Assembly (NCBI GenBank): GCA_963666485.2
Contig: CAXXUO010000009.1
Span: 64,001-128,000 of the forward strand
Reading direction: 5' to 3'
From: Syntrophorhabdaceae bacterium
Lineage (GTDB): Bacteria > Desulfobacterota > Syntrophorhabdia > Syntrophorhabdales > Syntrophorhabdaceae
DNA: 64,000 bases
Part shown: in pieces, positions 1 through 10,489 of the stretch
Position numbering within the stretch: the first letter of the stretch is position 1
How the letters are laid out: each line of letters starts with the position of its first letter
Made by a program: the position numbers and the translations under genes
The notes under the pieces: generated by a model
The model's database searches: none
Seen by the model: the letters and a program-made list of their open reading frames with translations, nothing else
Told to the model about the DNA's origin: nothing

Positions 1-482
1 ATGAGGTCCCGTATCTCCTCAACATGGAGAAGAAGCGCGTTGTCTGCATAATAAGGCGCCGCGTTCACATCGACCCGGTCAACAAGATATATGAGGTTGG
101 CAAAACGGGCCACCCGAGGGTCGGGCTTCAAGGCCGCAAGATCTTCCCAGTGCGTATGGTGATACCGGACAATGGGCGCGATACCGGCAAGGGGCCCAAA
201 ATCCTTAAGGAGGTTGAATCCCCTGTCGCAATGTTCCCCGGAACCTTCCCAATCAAGTTCGTTTACCAGGTTCTGGTGGACCCGGGTAGAAGACACGCCG
301 CAATCATGGAGCACCCCCGCGTCGAAGATCAGGCCCTGATCATCGTCATCCCATCCGAGCTGTCTTGCGCATTCGACGGCCATAACAGCGACGCGGCGCC
401 CGTGGAGGACGTCATCCACCCCGACAAGATCGACCGCACTGCCGATTGCCAGCACCACCTGGCGAATATCGATATTCATCAT
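1..482 (-). CDS. HD-GYP/HD-domain protein, N-terminal part (runs off the window)
   Basis: Manual translation from ATG 482: MMNIDIRQVVLAIGSAVDLVGVDDVLHGRRVAVMA...GVLHDCG...RYHHTHW, with HD-superfamily H..HD..HH motifs. Absent from the ORF track because the stop lies outside the window. Confidence 0.8.
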   Translation of the reverse strand, partial: MMNIDIRQVVLAIGSAVDLVGVDDVLHGRRVAVMAVECARQLGWDDDDQGLIFDAGVLHDCGVSSTRVHQNLVNELDWEGSGEHCDRGFNLLKDFGPLAGIAPIVRYHHTHWEDLAALKPDPRVARFANLIYLVDRVDVNAAPYYADNALLLHVEEIRDL

Positions 483-750
483 TGCACCACTTATTTTTCA
501 TGATACACCTTCTTTTTTTTACTATCAATACCACCTTGTTAAGGAATACTATTTGTTACGGGGAGGTGGGGCATGGCAATTATTAACTCTCATACCTCCG
601 GGGGTAGTTTATTACGGTTTCGCCCGGCGATGCTTTCGACCTTTGTTAACAATGTGCGTCGATAATTCCTGAACATTACGTGCAGGATATGTCTCCATTA
701 CGTGTTGGTCGAGAAAATGAAAAACTCATAGGAATGGGGCCGGCCCTCTT

Positions 751-1056
751 TCAGGCCCAGGAAAAAACCTCGTACTGCACCTCGTTCTTTTCAAGGAAGT
801 TCCCGAACTCGCTGTAGCATGTATTGGTGTTGAAAGTGCCGGCAATGGCCTTCAGCAAACCTTCTTTATCATCTCCGGCAATGCCGAACAAGGGGTATAT
901 CTTTTCGACCTCTTCTTTCTTTATTGTCGTTGCGTACTCGTAATCGCTATCCCCCCAGTACTCCTCCACGGTCGTGCCAATATCATACCCTTCGACAATC
1001 AGGTCCTCTCCATTGAAGTATGCCTCTACGGTGACGCGAATATCGTCCCTTTCCAA
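751..1056 (-). CDS. hypothetical acidic protein
   Basis: 101 aa ORF with protein-like composition, co-oriented with neighbours; start uncertain. Confidence 0.6.
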   Translation of the reverse strand: MERDDIRVTVEAYFNGEDLIVEGYDIGTTVEEYWGDSDYEYATTIKKEEVEKIYPLFGIAGDDKEGLLKAIAGTFNTNTCYSEFGNFLEKNEVQYEVFSWA

Positions 1057-1094
1057 TCGATATAATGTAACTCTTCCTGTGTCCTGCCCCGTTT

Positions 1095-1502
1095 CTATTT
1101 GTCGCCGCCGGTTTTTTGTTTATCGCGCCCCTTCTCCTTTTCAGCGTCCTCTTCCATGTGGTGCAGGCGCGTATAATAATCGGGAAATTCCTCCAGGTGG
1201 TCCATGGATATCTCGAGGGCCCTCAGCTTGTTCGTGGTGTGCTCCTGCTCCACAGTTATTCCCATGATAAGCTGCTGGAGATCGTATTTCGTGACCTGCT
1301 GACCGTCGGCCCTCCCCCCTTTCATGCTGTCCTTGAAATCCTTAATGTCGATGCCGTGGGCGTTCCGGATGGCGGTGCGGTATTCTTCGAACTTTTGCGC
1401 CTGGTCCGGCTGCTGTGCGGATAAGGCCGGAGCCGTACAAAATACCGTTAAGATAAAAAGGCATACCGATGCAAACTTTACAAACAGGGCTGTTCTCTTC
1501 AT
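1095..1502 (-). CDS. exported protein with a DUF5661-like domain
   Basis: N-terminal signal peptide; motif MGITVEQEHT...EISMDHLEEFPDYYTRL resembles DUF5661. Confidence 0.65.
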   Translation of the reverse strand: MKRTALFVKFASVCLFILTVFCTAPALSAQQPDQAQKFEEYRTAIRNAHGIDIKDFKDSMKGGRADGQQVTKYDLQQLIMGITVEQEHTTNKLRALEISMDHLEEFPDYYTRLHHMEEDAEKEKGRDKQKTGGDK

Positions 1503-1591
1503 TATGGCCCTCCCTGCTTATCTCTTCCCAAATTGTATTCTCACAGTCTCTATTCTTTCAAGGAGAAGTTGAGCGTCGGGCCCGTCCTTCT

Positions 1592-2215
1592 TCACGGCAA
1601 TTGCAGCGTTGCCATTACCCGGTCGAATTCGTTCCTGACCATATCGAAATCTTGGTCCCTGTCAGCAGACGCCGTGAACAGAAGCACGTTGTCCGGTGAT
1701 CTCTGGACGAGGTACTGAATATACTTCTCGTTGTCCCTGTAGGCATTGGCAATAAGATAGAGTGTAGCTGCCCCTCCCATCTGCCCGAAACGGCATTCAA
1801 AGAAAGTGACAGGTTTGGTGGAGAGCTTTCCGAACTCTTCTATAAAACTCTGACAGGCGGACACCTCGCCCTCTTTCGGTTGGGCTATCGTACCGACATC
1901 CCGGTAAACAGCTATGTTGAATACAGGGGAACCGGTCTTATAAAAATATTCGATCTCACCGCCGGAGAGTTTCTCTTTCAGCTTGTGGTACAATTCCTGC
2001 GGCAAATTCCTGATGGTGTTATTCTTCTCGGCAGTATGAAGAGCTGCCTTCGCAATATCAGGTGTGTCTTTTACATCCGTGCCGCGTATGACCGTCCAGC
2101 CGTCCGGGAGGGTTATGCTGAACCCGAAACTGCTTCGATAGGTAACGTCTGCCGCCGCGTACCCACATATACAAAAGAACAGGAGAATACTGATATATGC
2201 GGTCCTTTTTCCCAT
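1592..2215 (-). CDS. exported hypothetical protein, PsbP/DUF1795-like
   Basis: Signal peptide ending AAA, then YRSSFGFSITLPDGW, typical of PsbP-like folds. Confidence 0.6.
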   Translation of the reverse strand: MGKRTAYISILLFFCICGYAAADVTYRSSFGFSITLPDGWTVIRGTDVKDTPDIAKAALHTAEKNNTIRNLPQELYHKLKEKLSGGEIEYFYKTGSPVFNIAVYRDVGTIAQPKEGEVSACQSFIEEFGKLSTKPVTFFECRFGQMGGAATLYLIANAYRDNEKYIQYLVQRSPDNVLLFTASADRDQDFDMVRNEFDRVMATLQLP

Positions 2216-2227
2216 TGGGCACCCCCT

Positions 2228-2467
2228 TTATCTGTGCCGCCTCTTCTTGGATTCATCGACGATGAGCCCGCCCACTGCGCCCGCAGCAGCCCCGATGGCC
2301 GCGCCACCCAGCACGCTGTGGCCGGTAACGGCGCCCACTGCAGCTCCGGCCCCTGCTCCGATCGCTCCACCGCTCAATACCCTCTGCTCCCTTGAGGACA
2401 TGCCGGCACAACCGGCAATGAGGCCGAGCAAAAGAAACACAATGATAAGCGTCCGTAAAATTTTCAT
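2228..2467 (-). CDS. glycine-zipper lipoprotein
   Basis: Lipobox IAGC followed by GAAIGAAAGAVGG repeats. Confidence 0.8.
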   Translation of the reverse strand: MKILRTLIIVFLLLGLIAGCAGMSSREQRVLSGGAIGAGAGAAVGAVTGHSVLGGAAIGAAAGAVGGLIVDESKKRRHR

Positions 2468-2644
2468 AAGAGGCCTCCTTTGCAGTAAAACCCGGCTTTA
2501 CCCCTAGTCTTCGATATAATCAGGATATTTTGGGTGTCAAGGGCAGATGGATGGGCCGCTCGTCCCGGGACCGACTTAAGCCCCGTCCGTAGAGGCATAG
2601 TGCCGGGGTGATCGAGTTGAGATCCTCTTGAGATGCAGCAGAAA

Positions 2645-3670
2645 TTAACGCGGCCGGCTTCTTCCGTGGTCCTCCCGGATAATGTCACGGATCCGCTGCG
2701 CTTTCTCCGAATAGAGATGGATGCCCTCCCAGTTGGGCTCGCCGGTGATCTTTTGCATCAAAAGGCCGTCCGTACCAAACCAGAGGGGCAGGATACCGCC
2801 GAAAAAATACCCCCGGCTGCGCAGATGTCCCGTCAGGCCCCCTATCCATGGCCATGACAGGTTGAGCCACACCTGGAGGACGATCGTTCCTTTGTCCAGC
2901 GCTTCAACCTCATACCGCTCAAAGACATCGCGAAAGTCGGGCCCGGCATCCCGGACGACAAAACGCCCCACCGAGGCAGATTCGAAGACCCGGCTTTCAA
3001 TGGAAGTTGTCAATCCCCCGGGAATCGCCGCGCCTGCCTTTGCGACAATAGCGCCGCTATTGAAGCCATCATATATGAACCGCATGGCTTCTTCGTATTC
3101 CCCGGGTGCATAGACGGTATGTTCCGCAGGGCGGTATATCCTGGTCATGTGCAGGGACGCCACCCGGCCCGTCGCACTGCCTTCCCTGGCAAAGGCATCC
3201 GCAGGCATGAGGTCCACCTCGAGCGCCGTTTCGATGGCCCCGCCACGGGCCATTGTCTTCTGCGCGTAGACATGATTGCAGACAACCTCTGCGAAATATG
3301 CATCGACACCGTATGACGGGGCGGTAACCTCACTCAAATAACGCTCCATAACATGGGAAAGACCATACTGACGGTATTCGCCATGTATAAGTCCCTGTCC
3401 CACTTCGTAAATGGCTTTGTTCGGTGCGGACCTGAAAAGGCTTACATATCCGGAGAGCTTTCCCTTCGACGAACGCGCGACGATGGGTATATTTTCATTG
3501 TTGTTAAAGGCCTCTACGAGCGCGTCCGGTTCGTATACCAGCCTTACCGGATAGTTCTCGCCGTATACGCTGCGGAACAGCTCGCCGACATGCGCCGCAT
3601 CGCCGGGCTGAAAGATGTCGACGGTTATCTGCTCTTCCGGGCTTATCTCTATGATAGGCAGATCGCTCAA
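2645..3670 (-). CDS. GNAT-like hypothetical protein
   Basis: 341 aa; start overlaps the CoA-transferase stop; HGEYRQYGLS resembles an acetyl-CoA-binding motif A. Confidence 0.6.
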   Translation of the reverse strand: MSDLPIIEISPEEQITVDIFQPGDAAHVGELFRSVYGENYPVRLVYEPDALVEAFNNNENIPIVARSSKGKLSGYVSLFRSAPNKAIYEVGQGLIHGEYRQYGLSHVMERYLSEVTAPSYGVDAYFAEVVCNHVYAQKTMARGGAIETALEVDLMPADAFAREGSATGRVASLHMTRIYRPAEHTVYAPGEYEEAMRFIYDGFNSGAIVAKAGAAIPGGLTTSIESRVFESASVGRFVVRDAGPDFRDVFERYEVEALDKGTIVLQVWLNLSWPWIGGLTGHLRSRGYFFGGILPLWFGTDGLLMQKITGEPNWEGIHLYSEKAQRIRDIIREDHGRSRPR

Positions 3671-4980
3671 ATAAGGTACATGTCCTCCGCTTTGCGAAGA
3701 AGCTCATCCCGGTGATCGGGATGGGCGAGCCCGATGATGGCGAGGGCCCTCTCCCGTGTCGACTTGCCTTTCAGGTTTGCCTCCCCGAATTCCGTCACGA
3801 GGATATGCGTGTCCGTCCTGGGCGTTGTCACTATGGTGCCGCGATCGAGACGGTCGACAATCCGCGATATCTTCTTTTTCCCCGCGGTCGCATAAAAGGC
3901 AAGGATCGACTTGCCTTCCTTCGCGTCGAAGGCGCCGCGGACAAAATCGAGCTGCCCTCCCGTGCCGCTGTACTGGCCGCCGTGGAGGAACTCGGAATTG
4001 CACTGGCCCGTCAGGTCGACCTGGAGCACGGCGTTCACGGATATCATCCTGTCATTTTGCGCTATGATCGAAGGGCTGTTCGTATAGGAAAAAGGGTAAC
4101 TTTCAACGGCAGGGTTGCCGTCGATGAAATCGAGCATTTCCCTGTCACCCAGGGCGAAGCTGAATATGTGCTTCCGGGGGTGGAGCGTTTTCCTGGACCC
4201 GTCGACAATACCTTTCTTTATAAGGCCCACCATTACCTGGCTGAAAAGTTCCGTATGGATGCCCAGGTTCTTATGCCCTTCGAGGTGGTTTGCCACCGCA
4301 CTGGGGAGAGCGCCGATGCCGAGCTGGAGGCATGCCCCGTCCGGTATCATATCGGCTATCTTCTTCCCGATGATGTCGTCTTCCGGCCTCGCATCATACC
4401 CCGGCGGTGAAAAGATCGGCTCATGGTTCTCAACGATCGCATCGACCTCGGAGATATGAATGAAGGAATCCCCGGCGACCCGGGGCATGAACCGGTTGAC
4501 CTCGACGATAAAGTATTTGGCCTCCCGCGCCGCGGTAGACGTCATATCGTTTGCGGTCCCAAAGGAAAAATACCCGTTCTTATCCATGGGGGACATTGTC
4601 GCCGCGCAGACATCCACCCCGATGAATTCCCTGATAAGCCGCGGTGTCTGGTGCATGTGGTTGGGAACGAAACTCGTCAGCCCCGACCTCACGAGCCCGC
4701 GCTGCGCCACGCCTATGAACAGGGAGTGGACGTCGACACAATCCATGAGGTCCACGGCCATCAGCGTGCTCGAGACATGCTTCAAAGGAAGGCCCGTCAA
4801 AAGCTTTATTCTTTTCAGGTCGCCCGACCTGAGCCTTTCAGTCAACGCCCTGAGCACCGCCGGGGGCTCGGCCAGGACCATGCCGGTTACAAACATATCG
4901 TCATTTTTTATACGCCCGACGGCCTTCTCAGCCGTTACCAGCTTCTTTGCATATTCTTTTTCATGCATAGAATACCTCAC
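3667..4980 (-). CDS. acetyl-CoA hydrolase/transferase family (4-hydroxybutyrate CoA-transferase-like)
   Basis: Motifs LQLGIGALP, GIHTE, SGTGGQLDFVRGA and VTEFG. Confidence 0.9.
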   Translation of the reverse strand: MRYSMHEKEYAKKLVTAEKAVGRIKNDDMFVTGMVLAEPPAVLRALTERLRSGDLKRIKLLTGLPLKHVSSTLMAVDLMDCVDVHSLFIGVAQRGLVRSGLTSFVPNHMHQTPRLIREFIGVDVCAATMSPMDKNGYFSFGTANDMTSTAAREAKYFIVEVNRFMPRVAGDSFIHISEVDAIVENHEPIFSPPGYDARPEDDIIGKKIADMIPDGACLQLGIGALPSAVANHLEGHKNLGIHTELFSQVMVGLIKKGIVDGSRKTLHPRKHIFSFALGDREMLDFIDGNPAVESYPFSYTNSPSIIAQNDRMISVNAVLQVDLTGQCNSEFLHGGQYSGTGGQLDFVRGAFDAKEGKSILAFYATAGKKKISRIVDRLDRGTIVTTPRTDTHILVTEFGEANLKGKSTRERALAIIGLAHPDHRDELLRKAEDMYLI

Positions 4981-5151
4981 GTGAAATTCGCAAGATGGTC
5001 CCCGCTTTATTCAACCATTATCGAATCGTCTGGTTTTATGCAAGGAAAATCGAACGGCCCCGGGATGAGAAATGCCGACCGGGAGAGACCTGTTCCCATT
5101 GATCGAGGCCGCCTCAACGGGCGTCTTATTGATTGATAAGTGCTGACACTG

Positions 5152-6462
5152 CTAGGACCCGCCGGTCCCGCCACGACTTTTCAGAATTTCGGCTATTTCC
5201 CGGTCCTTCCCCGATCCGCCCCAGGTATAATAGAGGGGCGTCTTACCCTGCAGGTTCCTTGCGTTGACGTCTGCCCCATGATCGACCAGGAGTTGAACCA
5301 TCTCTTTGCTTTTTGACGATACGGCCCAATGCAGGGGCGTGTATCCATATTTATCCCTGGAATTGATATCTCCGCCGCGTTTCAGGAGAAGATCGATCAC
5401 ATCTTTCCTCTTTCGGGCGACGGCGTTATGCAACACGGTCTTTCCCTCCCTGGTCCGGCAGTTGATGTCCGCACCGTAGCTTACCAGGATACGAATGGTT
5501 TCGGCATTGTTCTGTATTGCGGCTTCAGTGTCAGGCTGCGATAGAGAGATGGTGAGCGGTGTTTCACCGGCGGAATCTACTGCATTGACGTTAACGCCCC
5601 TGGCGCAGAGCCATTCCACGATATCCGGGCGGTTCCTCATGGCGGCCTGGTGAAGGGGGGTCCTACCCTCATAGCCCTTTGTTTCAAGCATCGCCCCGCG
5701 GGCAAAAAGCAGCTGTGCAATATCCCTGCTCCCGGCAAGATGAATCGGGGCAAATCCGTCTTTCGTTTTCATGTGAACATCGGCTTTACTATTAAGGAGG
5801 AGTTCAACCATGTCCCGATGGTTTTCGGCTGCCGTTGTCAATGGCGTGCCGAACCTGTCGCGGGCATTGACATCAGCCCCGTTGTCGATCAGGCAGCGTG
5901 CAAAACCGGTATTGCCAACAGATGCGACGATGTGCAGGGCCGTGGAACCAAATATATCCTTCGCATTCACATCGGCCCTGTTTTCGAGAAGCACCTTGGC
6001 TACCTCGATATTCCCGCTGCCGGCGGTGACGTGAAGAGGAGCGCGCGAAAAAACATCTTTGGCATTGACATTCGCTCCGTAAGAGATCAGCAGTTCTGCC
6101 ATGACCTTGCTGTTTGCCCGCCAGTTCTTGAAATCCTGTTCAATGTTCCTGGACTCTTTGAACGCCCGTTTCATGTATGCGCCGGACATCACCGGGTGCG
6201 CCCCGCACAAATGCAAAAACGTTTTCTTATCCCGGTCACGGGCCTTGACCGCGGAGGGGGTATTCTTCAAAATGGTTCTTAAGGTATCTACGTCGCCTAT
6301 CGATAGAGCCTCTACGATCTGAGGCGTTCGATCCTCGGAGCCTCCGTCAGCGCATGATGAGAAGATTGAGGTCCCGAAAGCAAGCAATACGAGCAAAGTA
6401 ACCGTGCGGCCCCGCCTTGCCCCCCTTTTCGCTCTCACCATCGCTCCCTCGTTCCACGCCAT
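5152..6462 (-). CDS. ankyrin-repeat lipoprotein
   Basis: Many TPLH-A...LL..GADVNA repeats; hydrophobic segment ending FSSC. Confidence 0.9.
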   Translation of the reverse strand: MAWNEGAMVRAKRGARRGRTVTLLVLLAFGTSIFSSCADGGSEDRTPQIVEALSIGDVDTLRTILKNTPSAVKARDRDKKTFLHLCGAHPVMSGAYMKRAFKESRNIEQDFKNWRANSKVMAELLISYGANVNAKDVFSRAPLHVTAGSGNIEVAKVLLENRADVNAKDIFGSTALHIVASVGNTGFARCLIDNGADVNARDRFGTPLTTAAENHRDMVELLLNSKADVHMKTKDGFAPIHLAGSRDIAQLLFARGAMLETKGYEGRTPLHQAAMRNRPDIVEWLCARGVNVNAVDSAGETPLTISLSQPDTEAAIQNNAETIRILVSYGADINCRTREGKTVLHNAVARKRKDVIDLLLKRGGDINSRDKYGYTPLHWAVSSKSKEMVQLLVDHGADVNARNLQGKTPLYYTWGGSGKDREIAEILKSRGGTGGS

Positions 6463-6664
6463 TTGTTTGCGAGAATCCGCGTTTTCTCTCTTCTTTTCAT
6501 CTATATACCGGGCACGGTTTTGTCAATCAGGCGGGAAGCCGCGACATATCTCCCGCAATGCCGGCGGTGATGTAGTGGTCGATTCAGCATTCTGATAATG
6601 ATATAATCGTCCATAATCACGAGCAAAGGACGCAAGTCATGGCAAGGGCGAAAGGACGTGTGTA

Positions 6665-7273
6665 ATGTTCAATAAAAAAGGTGGTTTAACTTTCGATGAT
6701 ATCCTCAAGTCCAGCTGGAAACTTCTTCATGACGGAGCTCGTAATTTCAGAAGCCCGTTTCACCATGCAGGTCTCAGCACTATCGATAACAACATTCCTC
6801 AAAGCCGGATGGTCATACTGAGAGAGTTTTCTGAAATAGACCGGACACTTTTATGCCACTGCGACGTACGGGGCCCAAAGGTCTCGCAGATCCAAAAAAA
6901 TCCCCATACAAGCTGGCTATTCTATGACCCCAAAAAATGGCTGCAATTGCGTCTGACGGGAACTGCGTCGCTCCACGCTGACGATGACCTCGCCGATTCA
7001 CAGTGGAAAGAGGTAAAACTGCATCACCGCGTCAATTACTGCACCGGGACGGCGCCCGGCTCGCCGACAGAAAAACCCGTCTCGGGCCTCCCTGACTTTC
7101 TCCTGGACAAAACATCCCATTTGCTTGACGAACCCTCTATCCGCACGAACTTTGCCGTGATCGTCTGCCGGTTCGACGAAATGGACTGGTTGTTGTTAAA
7201 ACTCACGGGGCATATCCGGGCCAGGTTCCGCTGGGAAAACGACCGGACGGAAGCCTCGTGGCTTATCCCATAG
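6665..7273 (+). CDS. pyridoxamine 5'-phosphate oxidase-like FMN-binding protein
   Basis: Motifs PQSRMVILR, D.RGPKVSQI and LFYDP..WLQLRL.G. Confidence 0.8.
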   Translation: MFNKKGGLTFDDILKSSWKLLHDGARNFRSPFHHAGLSTIDNNIPQSRMVILREFSEIDRTLLCHCDVRGPKVSQIQKNPHTSWLFYDPKKWLQLRLTGTASLHADDDLADSQWKEVKLHHRVNYCTGTAPGSPTEKPVSGLPDFLLDKTSHLLDEPSIRTNFAVIVCRFDEMDWLLLKLTGHIRARFRWENDRTEASWLIP

Positions 7274-7452
7274 AGACCATGCTCCCGGGGTTATCAAACA
7301 TTCTCCATATTGTTTGGAAATAGATAGGCTGAAATGATATACTTCAACCGGGAAAAGTTGCTTGCTTCCGGAAGGCAAACCCTGTCTAACGTTCGAACAA
7401 AGCAGCTTAGCCGAAAATTATCGTCCGTCTCCCGCATTATGTCGGCGCAGGC

Positions 7453-7567
7453 GGTCAGTTAAGCCCCGCATGACATGAGGCTTCCCAGGCGAGGTATGGA
7501 TCCGGTTGAGTTGCGCCTGGGCGGCAAGGCCTGACCTGAATGCCATGCATTGCACGTAAGGAGGTCA
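7453..7567 (+). promoter_or_regulatory. candidate structured 5' leader of the liv operon
   Basis: Pairings GGTCAG(7453-58)/CTGACC(7531-36), AAGCC/GGCTT and CCCAGGCG/CGCCTGGG; alternative TGACCT/AGGTCA pairing over the RBS. Confidence 0.35.
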
Positions 7568-7568
7568 T

Positions 7569-8702
7569 ATGAAATCATCAGTTCGCACTCTGATCGGAGT
7601 GGTCACAATCCTGTTCCTTTTGGCGGCCTTCGCAACTCCGGCCCTGGCCGGCGACATCAAGGTCGGCTTTGTCTTCAGTATGACCGGCGGCGCTGCGGTG
7701 TACGGCGCCAGCCAGAAAGAGGGCGCCAACCTGGCTATCGAACAGATCAATGCGGCCGCCGGCAAGGGATTGAAGATCGTTCCTGTTTTCGAGGATGACG
7801 CGAGCGTGCCTCAACAGGGAACCAACGCTTTTAACAAGCTCATAAACCGTGACAAGGTTTCCATCATCATCGGGCCGACCTTGAGCAACACGGCCAAGAT
7901 CACCGACGTCATCGCTCAAAAAGCCGGGGTGCCGGTACTTGCCATCAGCAACACCATATCCGGTATCACCGAGATCGGTGACTACATTTTCCGGGACTCC
8001 CTCACGGAAAACGTGGTCATTCCCCATACCGTCAAGGTCGCAAAAAACAAGTTGGGATTAAAGAAGGTCGCGATCCTGTATGGGAACGATGATGCGATGA
8101 CAAAAGCCACCTATGAGGTATTCAAAAAGGTCCTGAAGTCCTCGGGCATCCAGATACTGGGCGAACAGACCTTCGCCAAGGGGGACCGCGACTTTTCACC
8201 GCAGCTGACCCAGATCAAGGCCCTGAACCCTGACGCCATCATCGCCGCCGCCCTGGCGGAAGAGGCGTCCGGGATAGCGATCCAGGCGCGCCAACTGGGA
8301 ATACCCAAAACGGTGCGCATCATAGGCGGCAACGGCCTCAACTCACCCGGCCTGATCAAGAACGCGGGCGACGCTGCCGAAGGGATAATCGTGGGCGCCG
8401 CGTGGAACATCACGTCCACGGCACCGCTCAACGTCAAGTTTGTCAACGACTATACGAAGAAGTACAAACACGCCCCGGACCAGTTTGCTGCCCAGGCTTA
8501 TGCGGGCGTGCAGATCGCGTATCAGGCGGCGAAAGCGTCAGGCGGCGGTGCGAATCGAAAAGCGCTCCGCGATGCTCTCGCGAAGGTCAAGAACCTCGAC
8601 ACAGTGCTGGGCCGTTTCTCTTTTACCGAAGGCCGCGACGCCGACCACGCCGGCATAGTGCAGGAGGTCAAAGGCGGAAAGTTCGTTGTGTTGGGAAACT
8701 AG
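7569..8702 (+). CDS. livK: branched-chain amino acid-type ABC transporter, substrate-binding protein
   Basis: Signal peptide, SMTGGAAVYG, EDD.S.P and FSPQLTQIK; RBS AAGGAGG. The actual substrate is uncertain. Confidence 0.85.
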   Translation: MKSSVRTLIGVVTILFLLAAFATPALAGDIKVGFVFSMTGGAAVYGASQKEGANLAIEQINAAAGKGLKIVPVFEDDASVPQQGTNAFNKLINRDKVSIIIGPTLSNTAKITDVIAQKAGVPVLAISNTISGITEIGDYIFRDSLTENVVIPHTVKVAKNKLGLKKVAILYGNDDAMTKATYEVFKKVLKSSGIQILGEQTFAKGDRDFSPQLTQIKALNPDAIIAAALAEEASGIAIQARQLGIPKTVRIIGGNGLNSPGLIKNAGDAAEGIIVGAAWNITSTAPLNVKFVNDYTKKYKHAPDQFAAQAYAGVQIAYQAAKASGGGANRKALRDALAKVKNLDTVLGRFSFTEGRDADHAGIVQEVKGGKFVVLGN

Positions 8703-8717
8703 GGCATCTGCAGAACA

Positions 8718-9608
8718 GTGAGCACACTTCTCCAACAGCTGATCAACGGTCTCTTTATAGGCAGCGTGTATGGGCTGTTCGCGGTGGGCTATACGCTCGT
8801 CTTCGGCGTCCTTGATATGTTGAACCTCGCTCACGCTGCCATCTTCACCCTCGGGGGCCTGATAGCCTTGTGGCTCGTCGAAAACGTCGGGTTGTCCATC
8901 TGGCTGGCCTTCCCTGCGGCTACGATCGCAGCGGGCCTCCTCGGCCTCGTGCTCAACCAGGTCGCCTTCGCCCCTTTGCGTAAACGCAGCGACAGCCAGT
9001 TCTCCGGATTGATATCGTCCATCGCCATGGCCATCATCTTCGAAGCGGGGGCCTTAGGGCTGTTCGGCGCCCGGTCCGTACGGTTCCCTGTGGGCACCTT
9101 AGCGGCCCATACATGGAATATCGGCGGGATAACCATCACCGCGCTGCAAATCGGAATTGTCTCCGTCGCTGCCCTGTTGATGGTTGTCCTCACGCTCTTC
9201 ATCGGGCGCACCCGCATCGGCAAAGCCATCCGCGCCGTAGGCGAGAGTGAGAGGGCGGCCACGCTCCTTGGCATCAACGTGAACGGCATCATCGCACTTA
9301 CCTTTTTCGTCTCTTCGGCCCTGGGAGGGGCTGCGGGCATCCTCTTCGGCCTTTACTTCAACAACCTCTCGCCGGACATGGGCCGTTCCATAGAGCTCAA
9401 AGGCCTGGCGGTGATCATCCTGGGCGGCATGGGAAGCGTTCCCGGGGCGATCCTGGGAGGCCTGGCTTTCGGCTTAAGCGAAGTGCTCACCGTGGCGATC
9501 ACCGGCACGTCCAATCTGCGAGACGTCGTTGCCTTCGCCGTCCTTTTCATAATTCTCCTGATTCGGCCGTCCGGTCTGCTCGGCCGGGGGAAATCAAGGG
9601 AGGCCTGA
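8718..9608 (+). CDS. livH: BCAA-type ABC transporter permease
   Basis: QQLINGLFIGSVYGLFAVGYTLVFG; ILGGMGS.PGA. Confidence 0.9.
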   Translation: MSTLLQQLINGLFIGSVYGLFAVGYTLVFGVLDMLNLAHAAIFTLGGLIALWLVENVGLSIWLAFPAATIAAGLLGLVLNQVAFAPLRKRSDSQFSGLISSIAMAIIFEAGALGLFGARSVRFPVGTLAAHTWNIGGITITALQIGIVSVAALLMVVLTLFIGRTRIGKAIRAVGESERAATLLGINVNGIIALTFFVSSALGGAAGILFGLYFNNLSPDMGRSIELKGLAVIILGGMGSVPGAILGGLAFGLSEVLTVAITGTSNLRDVVAFAVLFIILLIRPSGLLGRGKSREA

Positions 9609-9616
9609 GGGCGACG

Positions 9617-10489
9617 GTGGAATCTCTTCTTCAGTTCTACGCCATATACGGCAGTGTCATAAACTTTATCGGCATTAACGCCCTGCTGGCTCTAAGCCTG
9701 AACGTGACCCTTTCTGCGGGTATGCTGTCCTTAGGCAACGCGGCTTTCGCGGCCATAGGGGGCTATACCGCGGGCATCCTGAGCCTGCACTTCAAACTCC
9801 CCTATGTGGTCTCTCTTGCGGGTGGTACCTGCGCGGCAGGGCTCGTAGGCCTGGTAATCGGTCTGCCCGTTCTGCGGCTGCGGGGGGTCTTTCTGGCCAT
9901 GGCGACGCTCGCCTTCGGTGAAGTGGTGCGCCTCGCGGCAGTCAATCTCGACATTACCGGCGGTGCCGAAGGCTTAACGGGCATCCCCAATGTCACCACG
10001 ACGTGGATAATTTACCTGGCCCTTGCTGCGGCGGCCTATTTCCTCGCGATGCTCCGGCGTTCACGCCTGGGATGGGGACTGTTAAGTATACGCGAAGACG
10101 AGACTGCCGCCGGCTCTTTAGGGATCCGCATCACCTATTACAAGGTCGTTGCCTTCGTCATCGGCGCCATGCTGGCAGGTCTGGCGGGGGGGATGTACGC
10201 CCATCTGAACTACCTCATCACGCCCCGAGATTACGGCTTCTTTGTCGCAGTCGACCTCCTGATCTTCAACATCGTCGGCGGTATAGGCGCCTGGTATGGG
10301 CCTATCCTTGGAGCGGCGCTGCTTACTGCGCTACCCGAGGTCTTGCGCGGCATCGGCGTAACTGCCGGGCCTATCCGTCTCGGGATCAACGGTCTCATTC
10401 TGCTCCTCGTAATCCTCTTCCTTCCCAACGGTCTGGCTTCCCTCTTTTCAAGGAGGCAAAGGTCGGGTGCAAAGGCGGAGGCGCCATGA
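9617..10489 (+). CDS. livM: BCAA-type ABC transporter permease
   Basis: LRLRGVFLAMATLAFGE; IREDETAA. Confidence 0.9.
   Translation: MESLLQFYAIYGSVINFIGINALLALSLNVTLSAGMLSLGNAAFAAIGGYTAGILSLHFKLPYVVSLAGGTCAAGLVGLVIGLPVLRLRGVFLAMATLAFGEVVRLAAVNLDITGGAEGLTGIPNVTTTWIIYLALAAAAYFLAMLRRSRLGWGLLSIREDETAAGSLGIRITYYKVVAFVIGAMLAGLAGGMYAHLNYLITPRDYGFFVAVDLLIFNIVGGIGAWYGPILGAALLTALPEVLRGIGVTAGPIRLGINGLILLLVILFLPNGLASLFSRRQRSGAKAEAP

Noticed and set aside
24..503. 159-aa plus-strand ORF
   Set aside because: It is the shadow of the minus-strand HD-domain gene, which has clear motifs.
7484..7527. ZMP/ZTP riboswitch suggested by CGCCTGGGC
   Set aside because: The 5' GACTGGCG/P1-P2 consensus is absent; kept only as an unclassified leader.
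10003..10485. N-terminal extension of the 418-aa ORF
   Set aside because: It overlaps livM out of frame; the ATPase starts at the ATGA junction at 10486.
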